From Selaginella moellendorffii (lineage: Eukaryota; Plantae; Lycopodiophyta): a stretch of 64,000 nucleotides of DNA. The DNA lies in contig NW_003314270.1 of NCBI RefSeq assembly GCF_000143415.4, positions 1,791,048 to 1,855,047 of the forward strand, read 5' to 3'. Both the position numbers and the translations under genes were made by a program. The notes under the pieces are model-generated. The model worked only from the letters and a program-made list of their open reading frames with translations, was not told the DNA's origin and did not search any database. Within the stretch, counting starts at the first letter, position 1. Every line of letters begins with the position of its first letter. Of this stretch, positions 13,393-25,117 are shown in pieces.

Positions 13393-13813
13393 GTCTTCCG
13401 AGACCAAGTCTCTGGCCACACAAGGAAGCTCATCATGTTCGTCCTTATAACTGCGTCCTTTTACTTTGCTTTCTGTTTTCTTTCTCGCAGTAGATCGATC
13501 GAGCAGTAAAACGTTGCTTTCCCTGTACCGTCTGGTGGTGGCACACGGGTGGACGTATCAAAAACGGTGTTGGTTGAGTGAATGGTTTCCCCTGCATGTG
13601 AATAGACAAAGACGGTACTTACTTTAAAAGCCGGCCTTCCTTATTCGAAAACAAAGCTTCACATTTCCTGTGCCCCTAATGAGTGGGACAGGGAATTCTT
13701 TCTTATCCTCTCCTCCTGACCACAACAGACCAGATGATGAGCTCACATTGTGTAATCAAGTGCTCCGGCAGAAAGAAAAACAAACAAACCTTTGCAAACC
13801 TCGGGCATGTTCT

Positions 13814-15692
13814 TCAATCAATGTAGTCCATGTTGGAGTACGGCGAGAGAAGTTCTTGCAGCCAGTTCTTCTTTCTTCTCGGATTCCAGCCAATGTCCCT
13901 GCACAGCTCGTCGCTGTGCCACGTCCTGGCCAACGCTACGCATGCCCTGTCGAAGTACGGGGTCGACCACTTCATGTAGCGCACCCACTCGTTGGCACTC
14001 TTGCTCATTGTTTGAGAGTCGGGAAGTTTCACCTTTCCAGTTAGATAGTACGACAGCCAGCGAGCTCCCATCTCTGAAGCTCTCACATTTGAGACATCCT
14101 CCTGGTAACCCAGTATTGCCATCCCAGGAATTCGTGGGTGTATCATCCCTCTGCAAATAAAAAACTATTAGAAACTGGAGCCGGGGAAACAAGAACGAAC
14201 CTGTACAATGGAACTACACCGTCCGGTCCTTGCAAAACCTCTGCATATCTTTCGGGAAGAATAGCCTTGAGCTTGACTTCGCCCTCAAAGCCTGTGCAAA
14301 GCAGAACAACATCTGCTTTCAACTCGCGCTTGTTATCGAGCATGACTCCAGTCGCTGTAAAGTGCCACTTTGGCGACTTGCAAAGCTTGAGACGACCCTC
14401 TTTCACGTAGTCCATGAAGTTGTCAGGTATTACCGATATCTTGCACGAAGAAAGTTGTTTATAAAATGGTATGCTGGGCAGTATCCCATACTTTGATAGC
14501 GAAAGCGTCCACCGGAGATAAACTTCCACCACTTTAGATGTAGCCCACTTCTGCTCAATTATTAGACATCGTAAGAGAACTAAAATGGTTTCTAGAAGCA
14601 CAAATCTTACCAATGGCCAGAGGAGCGAGGTTAACAGGCTGGAAAAGAAACCTTGGCCTGGCTTGTGGTAGTACATCTCAGATAGCCTTGTTCCGAACAA
14701 ATAGGCAATGTTCACTCCAAAAACGTCCCAATGCTGGACAATCCAATGCGCTCTGCGAAACAAGAGCGTGCACGGTTTCCCTGCATGGCCGATCACAATT
14801 CGAAAAGGCAAGGAAAGAAACAAATCGAGACGTACCTTGATTCGCTTCAACCGCTTCTGCGGCAACGTCCAAAGCGGACTTTGAGAAGCCGACGACGACG
14901 ACACTATTTCCGCGGAGAAGTTTCGAGGCATTCTCAGAGTCGAGGGCCGAGAATTCAGTCGAATGCAGCACTCTTCCCTTGAAGACGTCGGCACCTTGGC
15001 CAGGCGAGAAAGATGGGAGCCTTGGAACATCTCCAAAACGACCAACGCACAATATCACGAAATCAAATTCCAGCGTCTGCGAACGAAGAGAAAATGCGAT
15101 CAAAACTTTGGCCTCGCACACCAGAACAAAGTATCTGATCCAAGCAATAAATCTTTCGAGCAGCAAAATCAAGCACGAGATAGCGCTAGCAAAGAGCAAA
15201 ACCTCCATCCAAGCTCACACGGGCAATTGGAAAATCTCACAAAATGCAGCAGAGATTTAGCTCCCTTACCTCGCGCGCCGCGCCGTCGCCATCGCCGCGC
15301 TCCACAAGAAGCTGCCATGGCCCGCGATCGCCATCGCGCCGGATACCCACAACCCTAGAATCGAACCGGACACACTCCAAAACCCCAAATTTGGCGGCAT
15401 AGCCGTGGAGGTAGTCGAGCACCTGGCCCCCTGTCGCGAACGCGGGCGTGCCCGGCGGCCACGGGAAATCCGAGAACTGGTACGCGACGCTGGGCGTCTG
15501 GAGCCGCGTGATGGCGACGCTGTTGCTCCGCCACACCCCGCCAATGTGGGACGAGCCCTCCAGCACAGTGGGCCGAATTCCTCGCTTGAGCAAATGCCGG
15601 CAAGCGCACAGCCCCGACACCCCGGCCCCGACGACGCACACCCTCGCCGCCGCTGGCGAGAACTCCAGATCGAAGCCCAGATCGTCCCCCAT
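13814..15692 (-). CDS. Flavin-containing monooxygenase, FMO1-like clade, multi-exon
   Basis: GAGVSG (FAD), GGVW, FMO signature FKGRVLHSTEF, GFSKSA (NADP), LCTGF, PLYR. Confidence 0.9.
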
Positions 15693-16701
15693 CGCTGGAC
15701 CGATCGACCGTTCCACCAGTGAAAATAATTGGCGCTAAAGGTCAACACTAACCAAGAACCCTAATTTCTCCCCCTATGCTCTATCCATGTACGAGGCATG
15801 GAGAGCGTGTAACCCAATGTCGCGATCGAAATTTATTTGATCTTCACCATTGTATATTACAAGGTTATAGTTCTAGTCTGTCGCTGCGCTGTATGAATCG
15901 TACCATAGACACCAGGGGGGTGTAAATGATCCGCTCGCCACCATTGACATTCATGGCCACACAAAGAATATTCCTTACGTATATTTTGACCTAATGTTTC
16001 TAACTGTTTGGTTTGGACAAATCATGTCCCAACAGAGGAACATCCGGCGGAATCTTGGCACACGCGCAATGTAAAAATTCCACCACTGTTTCTTTCATTC
16101 GTTTGCGCGGAATCTTGGTTGGATGAGCCAAAGCCAAGTGTGTGCGCGAGATTTTCTTGCGCCAAAACCCCACCCCCCAAAATCTCGGCCTTTTTTCCTT
16201 ACCTTTAATTTTTCGTCTTTCTTTTGTGCAAGAGAGTAGCGGCGGCCATGATTCCAATCCCGCCCTCGAGTAGTAGTGTGCGACAACAAGCAGCCACCAG
16301 CAAGGGCAGGCTTCCACAGGCTTTTGCTTTTCTCCCCTCTTCTTGCTGCTTTACTGCCCCTTTCCTCGCTCTTTGATCCTCTCCCTCCTTTCGCCCTCTT
16401 TCATCTCTGGCGCCGCGCGTCCCTTTGATCCGGGCCTGGCTGATGGATCCCGCCCAGCCGCTCCTGGATCCTGCGGCGGCACCGATCTGGATCGCGGAAT
16501 TCGCGATCACGAGCGCGCGCCGTGCGCATTCCCTGGTGGATCGATCGCCTTGTAGCTCGTAGCGAGCAGGGCAGATCCGTGAGTCCTCGGCATTGGGTCG
16601 CCGAATTGCCGCGCAAGGCAGGACTTTGGCGCATGGATCCGGAGAATTTGGAGCGCCCCAATCGGTCGTAAGCAGGGGGGTGACATAGGCGAAGCTAAGC
16701 T

Positions 16702-18745
16702 ATGGAAGGAACGCTAAGCAGCGAGCTCTCGCGAGGGACATTTGTATTCGGCCTCCACCTCTGGGTTCTCATCTGCATTGGCGTGGGCGCCATCATCCTC
16801 CTCATCCTCCTCGCGCTCATCATCTGGCTCACCTCTCGATCCTCGTCCGGCAGCCACAACTCCTACGAGAAATTCAGCTGCTGCTCCTCGTCGCAATCGC
16901 TGCCCACCACGATCCAGCAGCAGCGGAAATCGTCGGGCATCCCCATCGTCACGAAAGAGATCCAGGAAGTGGTGATCGTCCCACCCTACGCGCTCCACCA
17001 TAGCCCGTATCACAAAGGAGCCCCGCTGGACAAGGTCGCGAGGTCGATTCCCGGGGACGACGCCCCCCCAAAGAGCACCCCTACGCGCAGCTCTAGCGGG
17101 AGTAGTAGCAATAGGAGCGCCTTCTATGGCGAGCAGCCGCCGCCCCAGCCCCAGCCCCAGCCCAAGGAGATGGTCCAGCTGGGATGGGGGCGATGGTACA
17201 GCCTCAAGGAGCTCGATCTGGCCACCAATGGCTTCTGCGAGGACTCCAAGATCGGCGAGGGCGGCTATGGCGTCGTGTTTAAGGGATTTCTCCCCGATGG
17301 CAGCGTCGTCGCGGTCAAGAATCTACTCAACAACACGTAAGTCTCTCTCTCTTTCTCTCTCGCTCGGATTGGATTTGCTTGCGCTCTGGCATTCTTGCGA
17401 TCTATGGCGTTCTTGTGATCCATGGCATTCCTGTGATCCATGGCATTCTTGCGATCTATGCCAAGTCCTTGATCTTTTGTAAAACGATCTTTCCATCTTT
17501 TTTGCTCGCAGCGGCCAGGCCGAGAAAGAGTTTAGGGTGGAAGTGGAAGCGATTGGAAAGGTGCGTCACAAGAATCTGGTCAGGTTGCTTGGCTACTGCG
17601 CCGAGAGCTGCTATAGGTGAGGATCTCTAAAGTTCCAGCCCGATTTTAATCTTGTTCTTCGCGATTGTACCAGGATGCTCGTCTACGAATACGTGGACAA
17701 TGGAAACCTAGAGGACTGGCTCCATGGCTTTTCATCACAGACTCAAGCTTTCCCGTGGGAGGCACGAATGAAGATTGCTCTTGGCACTGCAAAAGCGTAA
17801 GTTTCCTTGGTGTGGACGAAAGAAACCATCAAATTCTTTTGTTTTCTTTTTACCTTGCGTCTTCTTTACAGGCTGACATACTTGCATGAAGCTTTGGAGC
17901 CCAAGGTGGTTCATCGGGATATCAAAGCAAGCAACATTCTTGTGGAGGGGGACTGGAACGCGAAGATATCTGACTTTGGCCTCGCAAAGCTTCTGGGATC
18001 GGAGAAAAGTCATGTCACAACCCGAGTGATGGGAACGTTTGGGTAAGCAAGCAAATCGAAACTCCAGATGCTTACATTCTTTTTGTTTTTCCCTTTTTTC
18101 TCGTCACAGATACGTTGCTCCCGAGTACGCAAGCACGGGCTTGCTCAACGAGAGGAGCGACGTCTATAGTTTTGGAGTCCTGCTCATGGAACTCATAACC
18201 GGAAGGGACCCTGTCGATTACAGCAGGCCACCCGGAGAGGTACGTGTCGCTCGGCTTGGCATTTGTATTCACTGTGGAAACTTTGATCTTATCATTCAGG
18301 TGAATTTGGTGGACTGGCTCAAAGTCATGGTGGCAAACAGGCACTCGGAAGATGTTGCCGATCCGAGGTTGCAAGTAAAGCCCACTCCACGGATTTTAAA
18401 AAAGGCGTTGCTGGTCGCAATCCGCTGCGTGGATCCTGACTCGCTGAGGAGGCCCAAGATGGGACACGTCGTTCACATGCTCGAGGCAGACGAGCTTCCA
18501 TACCGCCAAGTAAGTTCGCTCACAGTTCTCACAACTTACCCGATCATGTTTTACTTTTTCTCCTTTTGTTCCAGGAGAAAGCCCAAAGCGAGAAGCGATC
18601 GACGTTTGGAAATTCTCCCCACCATCACCAGGCACCCACAAAACCAGCGCCACTCTCCAGAAGGGCCGATGGCAAGGAGAACGAAGTGAATGGCGGTGAC
18701 AAGCACGCCATCTACAAGCAAAACTGGAAGAAGTACGAGGTGTAG
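16702..18745 (+). CDS. Membrane-anchored Ser/Thr receptor-like kinase (RLCK-V type)
   Basis: N-terminal TM ([14 protein letters not shown]), [53 protein letters not shown]. Spliced last exon ends ...KKYEV* at 18745. Confidence 0.92.
17386..17462. repeat. 18-bp tandem repeat (about 4 copies) in kinase intron 1
   Basis: TGGCATTCTTGCGATCTA / TGGCGTTCTTGTGATCCA / TGGCATTCCTGTGATCCA / TGGCATTCTTGCGATCTA. Confidence 0.85.
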
Positions 18746-19233
18746 AGGAGGATCCGGGAGAAATAAGCGTGGAAGTGAAGTAAAAGCTGGAGAAGGAAGA
18801 GTTTCTTTTTTTTTTTGGTGCTGGTGTTTTCATTTTGTTAGAGCTCTTGCAGCTTACAGCGCAAGTCAAGCAACTCCGTGGCAATGTGGATTTATGTGGA
18901 TTTGGTGGGGCTGCCAGTGCGAAGAAGAAGAGCAAAAGAGAGAAACACATGGTGTCACAGATGAGGACGAGCGGAGGTCCCTGTCCTTGACTGGAAAGCT
19001 TTCTCTTGGAGGCGAGAGATCAGCAGTGTTGACAGTTGGGATTTCAGTCAATGCTCCATCCAAATAGCTGTTCTACCGAATGCATATCTGTACTAGAAAA
19101 TCAAGGGGAAATTTCTCTTTTCCTGATCTTTTGTTTTGTGTAGATGTTGATCCCCTTATCGATGCGTTCCGTGCTAGACGAAGGCGATCGGAGAAATAGA
19201 GAGGGCACGTCTCCGACCAAACAAAAGTAAATT

Positions 19234-19690
19234 TCAAATCATGAGTCTAGCAAAAGCTGAGATGTTCTTCCTGCTTGTTAGCGAGTCCAAAGTCTCAACG
19301 CCATCCACAATGAACGTGAAGTCCTCCCCCAAGGACTTCCGCATCTCCAGAAAAGCCTTGAGCGAAGGGAGATCCCTGACATTGTCGTCGATCTCAGCTG
19401 TGACGTTGGGCTTCTCCGCAAACGAAAACTTGAGCGCATCAACAGACCACGTAAAGAGGCAAGTTCTAGCTCGTTTCATGTTCCATATGCATACCACTGT
19501 GGTCTCCACCGGAGCCACGGTGCAGAGTAGAGAGGCGAATGCCCTCAGCCTGCAAGACTTGCCATCGCCCTTGGGACCGACTACCTGTCTGGGGGAATCC
19601 ACATTTGGGCAAGAAGCTTCAAGTCGGGCATGCCCGCGGTTCCAAAGTGCCTATGCCAAATCCCGCTGCTCCGTCACAATTTGAGCTCTA
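19234..19690 (-). pseudogene. P-loop NTPase fragment (Crinkler-type NTPase-like)
   Basis: Walker A VVGPKGDGKS, strand VVCIWN, Walker B FTFIVDG. No ATG upstream of Walker A, in-frame TAG at 19650-19652, truncated soon after Walker B. Confidence 0.6.
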
Positions 19691-20279
19691 ATTTTGAACC
19701 CTAAACTAGTCAATGGTCAGTCTTTAAAGACCTTTTTTGACCTCTTTTGACTAACAGGGAGTCGTTGATGGATGTTATTAGCGGCTACAAGGTTGTTTTT
19801 GGAGTCTCACCTAAGGCTATGCACTAGAGGGAAGAATACGCATTTTTTTGAGTTAAAATCCAACTGTCAACACTACTAGGAAGAACAAGGACCTCAGCTT
19901 GTCCTCTTTTGTGTAGCACCATACGTTCCTTGCAACCCCAAACATAAAAGACCAACACAAAAAATAGGTTAATTTATGAGCATATGCTCAATTGATGATA
20001 TGGCAAGGCTCTTAAACTATACGGGTTATCAGCAACAACAGCACCTAGAACTGAGGCATGGTGCATAAAAGTCCGCAATTGTTCCTGCAAGACAATTCAC
20101 GCAATAGCTGTTCTAATTACAGTTTTTTATTAAGGCAAAGATTAAATACCTTTAATCATGTGTTATTAAACTATTTTAATTTAGATCAAAATCAAACTAA
20201 GCCATATTTCCTTTTTTAGGTACAGAAACTTTAATTAAATATAAATTATTTTAATTCTTAACATAAACCTTTAGTATAT

Positions 20280-20794
20280 AATTTCCAAAGATCCAAATAC
20301 TTTACCATTTGGAGAAATTAAGAAATCTCCTATTAAAATTGTTGATGGACTTATTAATGTACTAGACTTAAGATAGCATAAAAAGAAACAAAAGAATCTC
20401 AAAGATGAATATAGAGAGCATTAATATATGGAGTTAAAAGCCTATCAAACCCCATAATTAAATTTGAACCTGATGATGTTGTTGGTGTTTTAGATGTAGA
20501 GCATTGAGGTTTAGCTTCCATAAATATTTTAACAATACCACAAGAAACACTAACTGAATCTCCATCTGAATAAGTATAAGAATAATCCTTTTCTTTATAA
20601 TTAATTTTATCAATTAGTTCCTTGATTGCACCAACCACTCTTGCCATTTCATGTGAATTTAGCACTTTAAAATTACCAAATTTTGGTTCATATTTACTAA
20701 GTGATGGTGGTGAATTTGGTGATGCACTAGAAATTTAAGTTAGTATTAATATTATAGATAAAAGAAACAATATATAAAATTTTACTTGTTCCAT
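20280..20794 (-). pseudogene. Pseudogenised paralog of the secreted N-domain + GNA-lectin gene at 37041-37880
   Basis: ATG at 20794: MEQVKFYILFLLSIILILT*ISSAS...YEPKFGNFKVLN...KDYS...VSCGIVKIFM...GFDRLL..., then LCYLKSSTLISPSTILIGDFLISPNGKV. Two in-frame stops, an internal deletion and a truncated lectin domain. Confidence 0.85.
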
Positions 20795-21313
20795 GTTCAA
20801 ATTATCAAATAGCTGAAAAACTAATGGGAATAAGGAGCAATAGAAGATTCTAAATTGCATTACCAGTAATTTTTTTTTATTATATAATTAGAGAACCCTC
20901 TTATATTGTAGTATGAGTAGTATAAAGTGAAAATGATTTATATATTTTTAATATAAGTATTTTTATATACTCAACTATTGCTATTAGTAGAATGAATACA
21001 CTGACACTAGATTACAGTTAATCAGACACTATGATTTTAAGCTACTAATAAATAAGTTATATATTCATCTTCTAGCTAAAGCGAAACTAATGAATATTTC
21101 CTTTGTGTTTACCACACTAATTTAGTATAATAATCGAGAAGAGTGGATGCTGCTGTAATTTCTTATTTTTGTCAAATTTGTAAGTTTTGTGATGGACAAA
21201 GAGAATCAAGGATTGCTGCAACGCACTGAACTATAACGAAAGCTGCATACTTGTTGTCACTAAAATCCAGCTCCCACAGTTACTATCAAAACATTATTCA
21301 AACTCCTAAACTG

Positions 21314-21841
21314 TTATCTGAGCGTGTGCTGCTTCAAGTAGTCTTGTTTGTACTCCTCAAGCACAGCATCTGTAGTACTGAGAGGAAACCAGTTACTCTA
21401 TAAGCCCAAGATTTTAAAGAGAGAAAGAGAAGCACAACACTTACTAGAGGTGAAGGCACTCGTTCATCTCCTTGGCCTGTGCTCGGCAAGCCCAGGCCAT
21501 GGAAAACGTCCTCCCTTTGGCACACTCGGCGTACTTGGCCACAACAGGGTCGCATTTCCGGAACGCTTGGGCCTTCATTTTGCTGCGAAGTTCTACACCA
21601 GCAAAAAGAATAGCAAACTTAACGAAAGAAAAAACGAAAAGAGCAAGAGGAAGAAACACCAAAATGCAAAAGAAAAGGGCCAATGCAAGCAAAATCGAAG
21701 ACTGTCAAAAATACTTGACAGTATTGAGCATTGATCGGATCGCAGGAGGCAAAGGAATGCGGACTCACCTTCTTCAACCTTCTTCTGGACGCGCTCCCGC
21801 CTCTTCATCACCAGCGCCTCTACAGCCTCTTGCTCCACCAT
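21314..21841 (-). CDS. CMC1: Cmc1-like twin CX9C mitochondrial COX assembly protein (3 exons)
   Basis: ELRSKMKAQAFRKCDPVVAKYAECAKGRTFSMAWACRAQAKEMNECLHLY (two CX9C); spliced end ...KQHTLR*. Confidence 0.85.
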
Positions 21842-22040
21842 TTCCTTCCAACAAGCAGAGCTAAAACCCTAGCTGGACAAAAGAGATCGCGGTCTCGAAT
21901 CCCGCGAGCCCCCGGATTCAGCTGAAAAGCAACCGACTTTTGAATTTGTTCAAAATTTCTCACACTCAGGTGATTGGCATATCTTTCTCCAGAGAAGCTT
22001 ATAGCGGGGGTGGTAATATACATTGTTTGATTCTTCCTGC

Positions 22041-24645
22041 TCAAGAATTTACCTCGTGCTCGCCATCAAGATGTTGCTTTTGTTGCTGCATTTCTAGCTC
22101 GGAAGTTTTCTGGGGCGCGTGATCTTCTGGATCTTGAGAAGATTTCTTCGCAGCAGCAGCAGCAGCGGCAGCGGCAGCCATCCGAAGATTGGGCTTGGCC
22201 GGAGCTGCTGCTCCTGCTGTTGTGGCCGCTGTCTCACCACCGCCGCCACTTCCGGAGCCACCGTGCACGGACTTCTTCTTGGCTTTGGCATGCAGGCTCG
22301 TCAGTACGCTCTGTATATCTTCTCCAAACTTGAAGTGTTTTCCCATCTACAGGAAAGGGATTACTCAGCAAAGGCGATTATCTGTGTAGAGCCTCGATGA
22401 AATACCTGTGTCACTAGCGCATACAGTGGTAAAGTGCTGTAACTGCACAGGACTTGCACGATGACTCTACAGAACAAGTGCTGCGGTTAAAAAGGCCAAA
22501 AGAGCGCGATGAAACAGATAAAAAAAAAACAGGCTTTTGGGAGTGTCTTACCCAATGACAAGACGCGTGATGACAAAACCAAGATTTTCCATGAAGCAAG
22601 AATCGAAACCAAACGCTGCCTGCAAGGCAAGCAAAGCAAACATGCATTTGCTAGTCAGCAACACTGAATAAGATTAGTTTTACCCATATCCACACGAAGA
22701 AGGCGAGCTCGAACGCATTCTGTGAAGCAAAGAAACCATTAGAGCAGTCTGAAAGCTAAGGTAAAAAAGAAGGAAGAAGAAGAAAACCTGGAAGAGGACA
22801 AAGTGAATAAGATAGAGGATGAGTTTCGGCCGATTAAACCAGAAGAGCTCGTCTCGAAGATTGACCACCACGGTCGACTGGTTCTTTTGCTCTTCCGCAA
22901 TCTCGACCGCGAGCGCCATTATGATATTCTGTAGCTTGGCTCCAACAACCAAAAGGATCTGCAAGCCCATGAATCAAAAAATGGAAACAAAGGAGAAAAT
23001 TACAAACCCCCAGCGGAAGAAAGGCAATCCAGAAATAAGTGTGCCATCCTGCAAGTTTTTCACAAATGCGTTTGAAGAAAATTCGAAAGAAATCCAAGCT
23101 ATACCGCTGACGTTGAGCAATAGGAAGAGCACCACAAAAAACCAAAGGTAGAAACTGCAATATAAATCATTAGTTGTTCCTTGGAACGAAAACAAGAAGA
23201 AGAGGTTACCTGATGCCTACAACCTTCTTAAAGTCATCTTCCAGTACCCGAAGACGTACCTATGGAAGTCAAACGAGGGTTTCAAGTTGTGGTTCTGCAA
23301 AGAGATAAAAACACAACACTCAAGCTCTACCGCATGACTCGACGACGACGACGATTGCTTGCTTACTCGAATGAATCCCAGGCGGAGTGTCTGGTACTCG
23401 GTATATGTCACGGAACGCCCGAACTGTCGGAAGAAGCAAACCTGGAAAGAAAACATCCTCGTTTTGCTACAGATTTTTGCAAAGCTCGAGTTACTTACGA
23501 TCCAGCTGAGAAAGTCTGATGATATCCATTTTGGATTGGCATGCTTCTTTAGGAATGTGCTCTGTCTGACAAGCTTGCCGCGCTTCTTTATGCCTAGAAG
23601 AAACAAAGAAAACAGAAAGGTGAAACACGTCTTGTCTGGAGGACAGTCCGAAACAAGGAAATTTGACGTACTTGGTGTCTCGGTCTGCGGTTCGGCTTGC
23701 GCCCTTCTTTCCCAGGCACTCCATCCGTGTACCTGGATTTATTTTTTCTTTAGTGTTTCTTGTTTTTTTCTTTCTTTGTTTGTTCTGAGAAAAAAAACGT
23801 ACCTTGTATCTTCCTAATATCAGCGTTAGGCAGCTGTAGACTACGTGAACTACGGCCAGCACGAAGATGAAAATGTGTAGCTTGTGAAGGCCTTCTCTGG
23901 AAACAAAAGGGACCTTATTCTGCAAGAAAAACGATACAAAGCTCATGGTTTCTCGAAGTTCTAGGCCGTGAGTGATACGAAAAAGAAGGAAGAGAGGAAG
24001 AAAAGAAAAGAGACTAGACTAGACTAGACCTTGGCGAAGCACTTTGACGTCTCCGCGGCCTCTTTTGAGGATTCGGATGAGAGCATGCGCCGATTGAGAG
24101 CGAGGAGCCTCCGTGCGTGACCAGATGGAGTTTCGGAGGTCCCGTTGGGGGCGCCGTGTGGAGCCTCTCCCGCCAATGTCAGTGTCTTGGTATCGAATTT
24201 GCACGGTAGCATATGCTCGATGAAGTTGTGTGGCATGCATATGCTGGCGATCACGGGCTGGAACACCGTCAGGAGCAGCGATATGAATCCCAGAAGCATG
24301 AGTTCTACAAACACGCACAAAACACGAGCAAAAGCCACATTTTTTGAGAGCTCGGGGGCTCCGGAAAAAAAACAGCCATACCTTCTTTGATCTTGTCCAG
24401 CGCCTGGTAGAGCGATTTCTCCTGGCGCCTGCGGAGGTACTGCACTGACACGCATGTAGATTCGTAAGCCCAAGTGGCCCGATCGCTCGGCCGATCGATC
24501 GGCTTAACATTACCCTGCCCAAGTGGTGGATCGCTCGCACCAGGCCGAAAGACGCGAGGACGAAGATCGAGCAAACCAAGGCGACCGCCCATGTCGGAGT
24601 GACTTCCAGGGAGCCACCCTCGACATGTTTCTCCTCCTCGGCCAT
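22041..24645 (-). pseudogene. MLO: MLO family protein, copy A, with a 1-nt frameshift (null allele or sequence error)
   Basis: LEVTPTWAVALVC, ELMLLGFISLLL, GLHKLHIFIFVLA, FWFNRP, LCSYSTLPLYALVTQMG. One base is missing near 23255 relative to the family motif FHRYxLRxLEDDFKKVVGI, giving TAG at 23217-23219. Confidence 0.75.
22149..22178. repeat. (GCA/GCG)n trinucleotide repeat encoding poly-Ala in the MLO-A C-tail
   Basis: cgcagcagcagcagcagcggcagcggcagc. Confidence 0.8.
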
Positions 24646-25117
24646 GGCCACCGGAAGAACAAGGAGCGAGAGAGAAAAAAACGAGGGAGAGCGACAAGAG
24701 ATATTAGCGATCTTTAGCTATGGATGCGAACAAGAAGGAAAGCCGTGTCCCAGCGCGGCTAGCTACTTAAGCCTGCTTTGTCCATGGTACTATTTCTCCC
24801 TTCGCTCGTAAGTTTCTCGCTAAGTTCTGCGGTCCAGGTGGAAGTTTGGTGATTTGTTTACATTATTTCCTCTTAAAGTGTTTAGATTCTTGCTGGGGTC
24901 GTCTCTTCGAGATATATTCCAAGCAAGGTAAAGCAGGAAACCACTTACGAAGGGAAGGGAAAGCACGCTCGGAGCGCTTCTATAACGTTGCTTGCTCGTT
25001 TTCTTCTTCTTCTTTTTTTTTTCTCTCCGTTTGCCAGACTTCCTGCATCGCTTGAATAGTTATAAATACAGTCTAGTTGCTCTAGCCGAATCATGCTCAT
25101 GCTCACCAGTCGTATGA

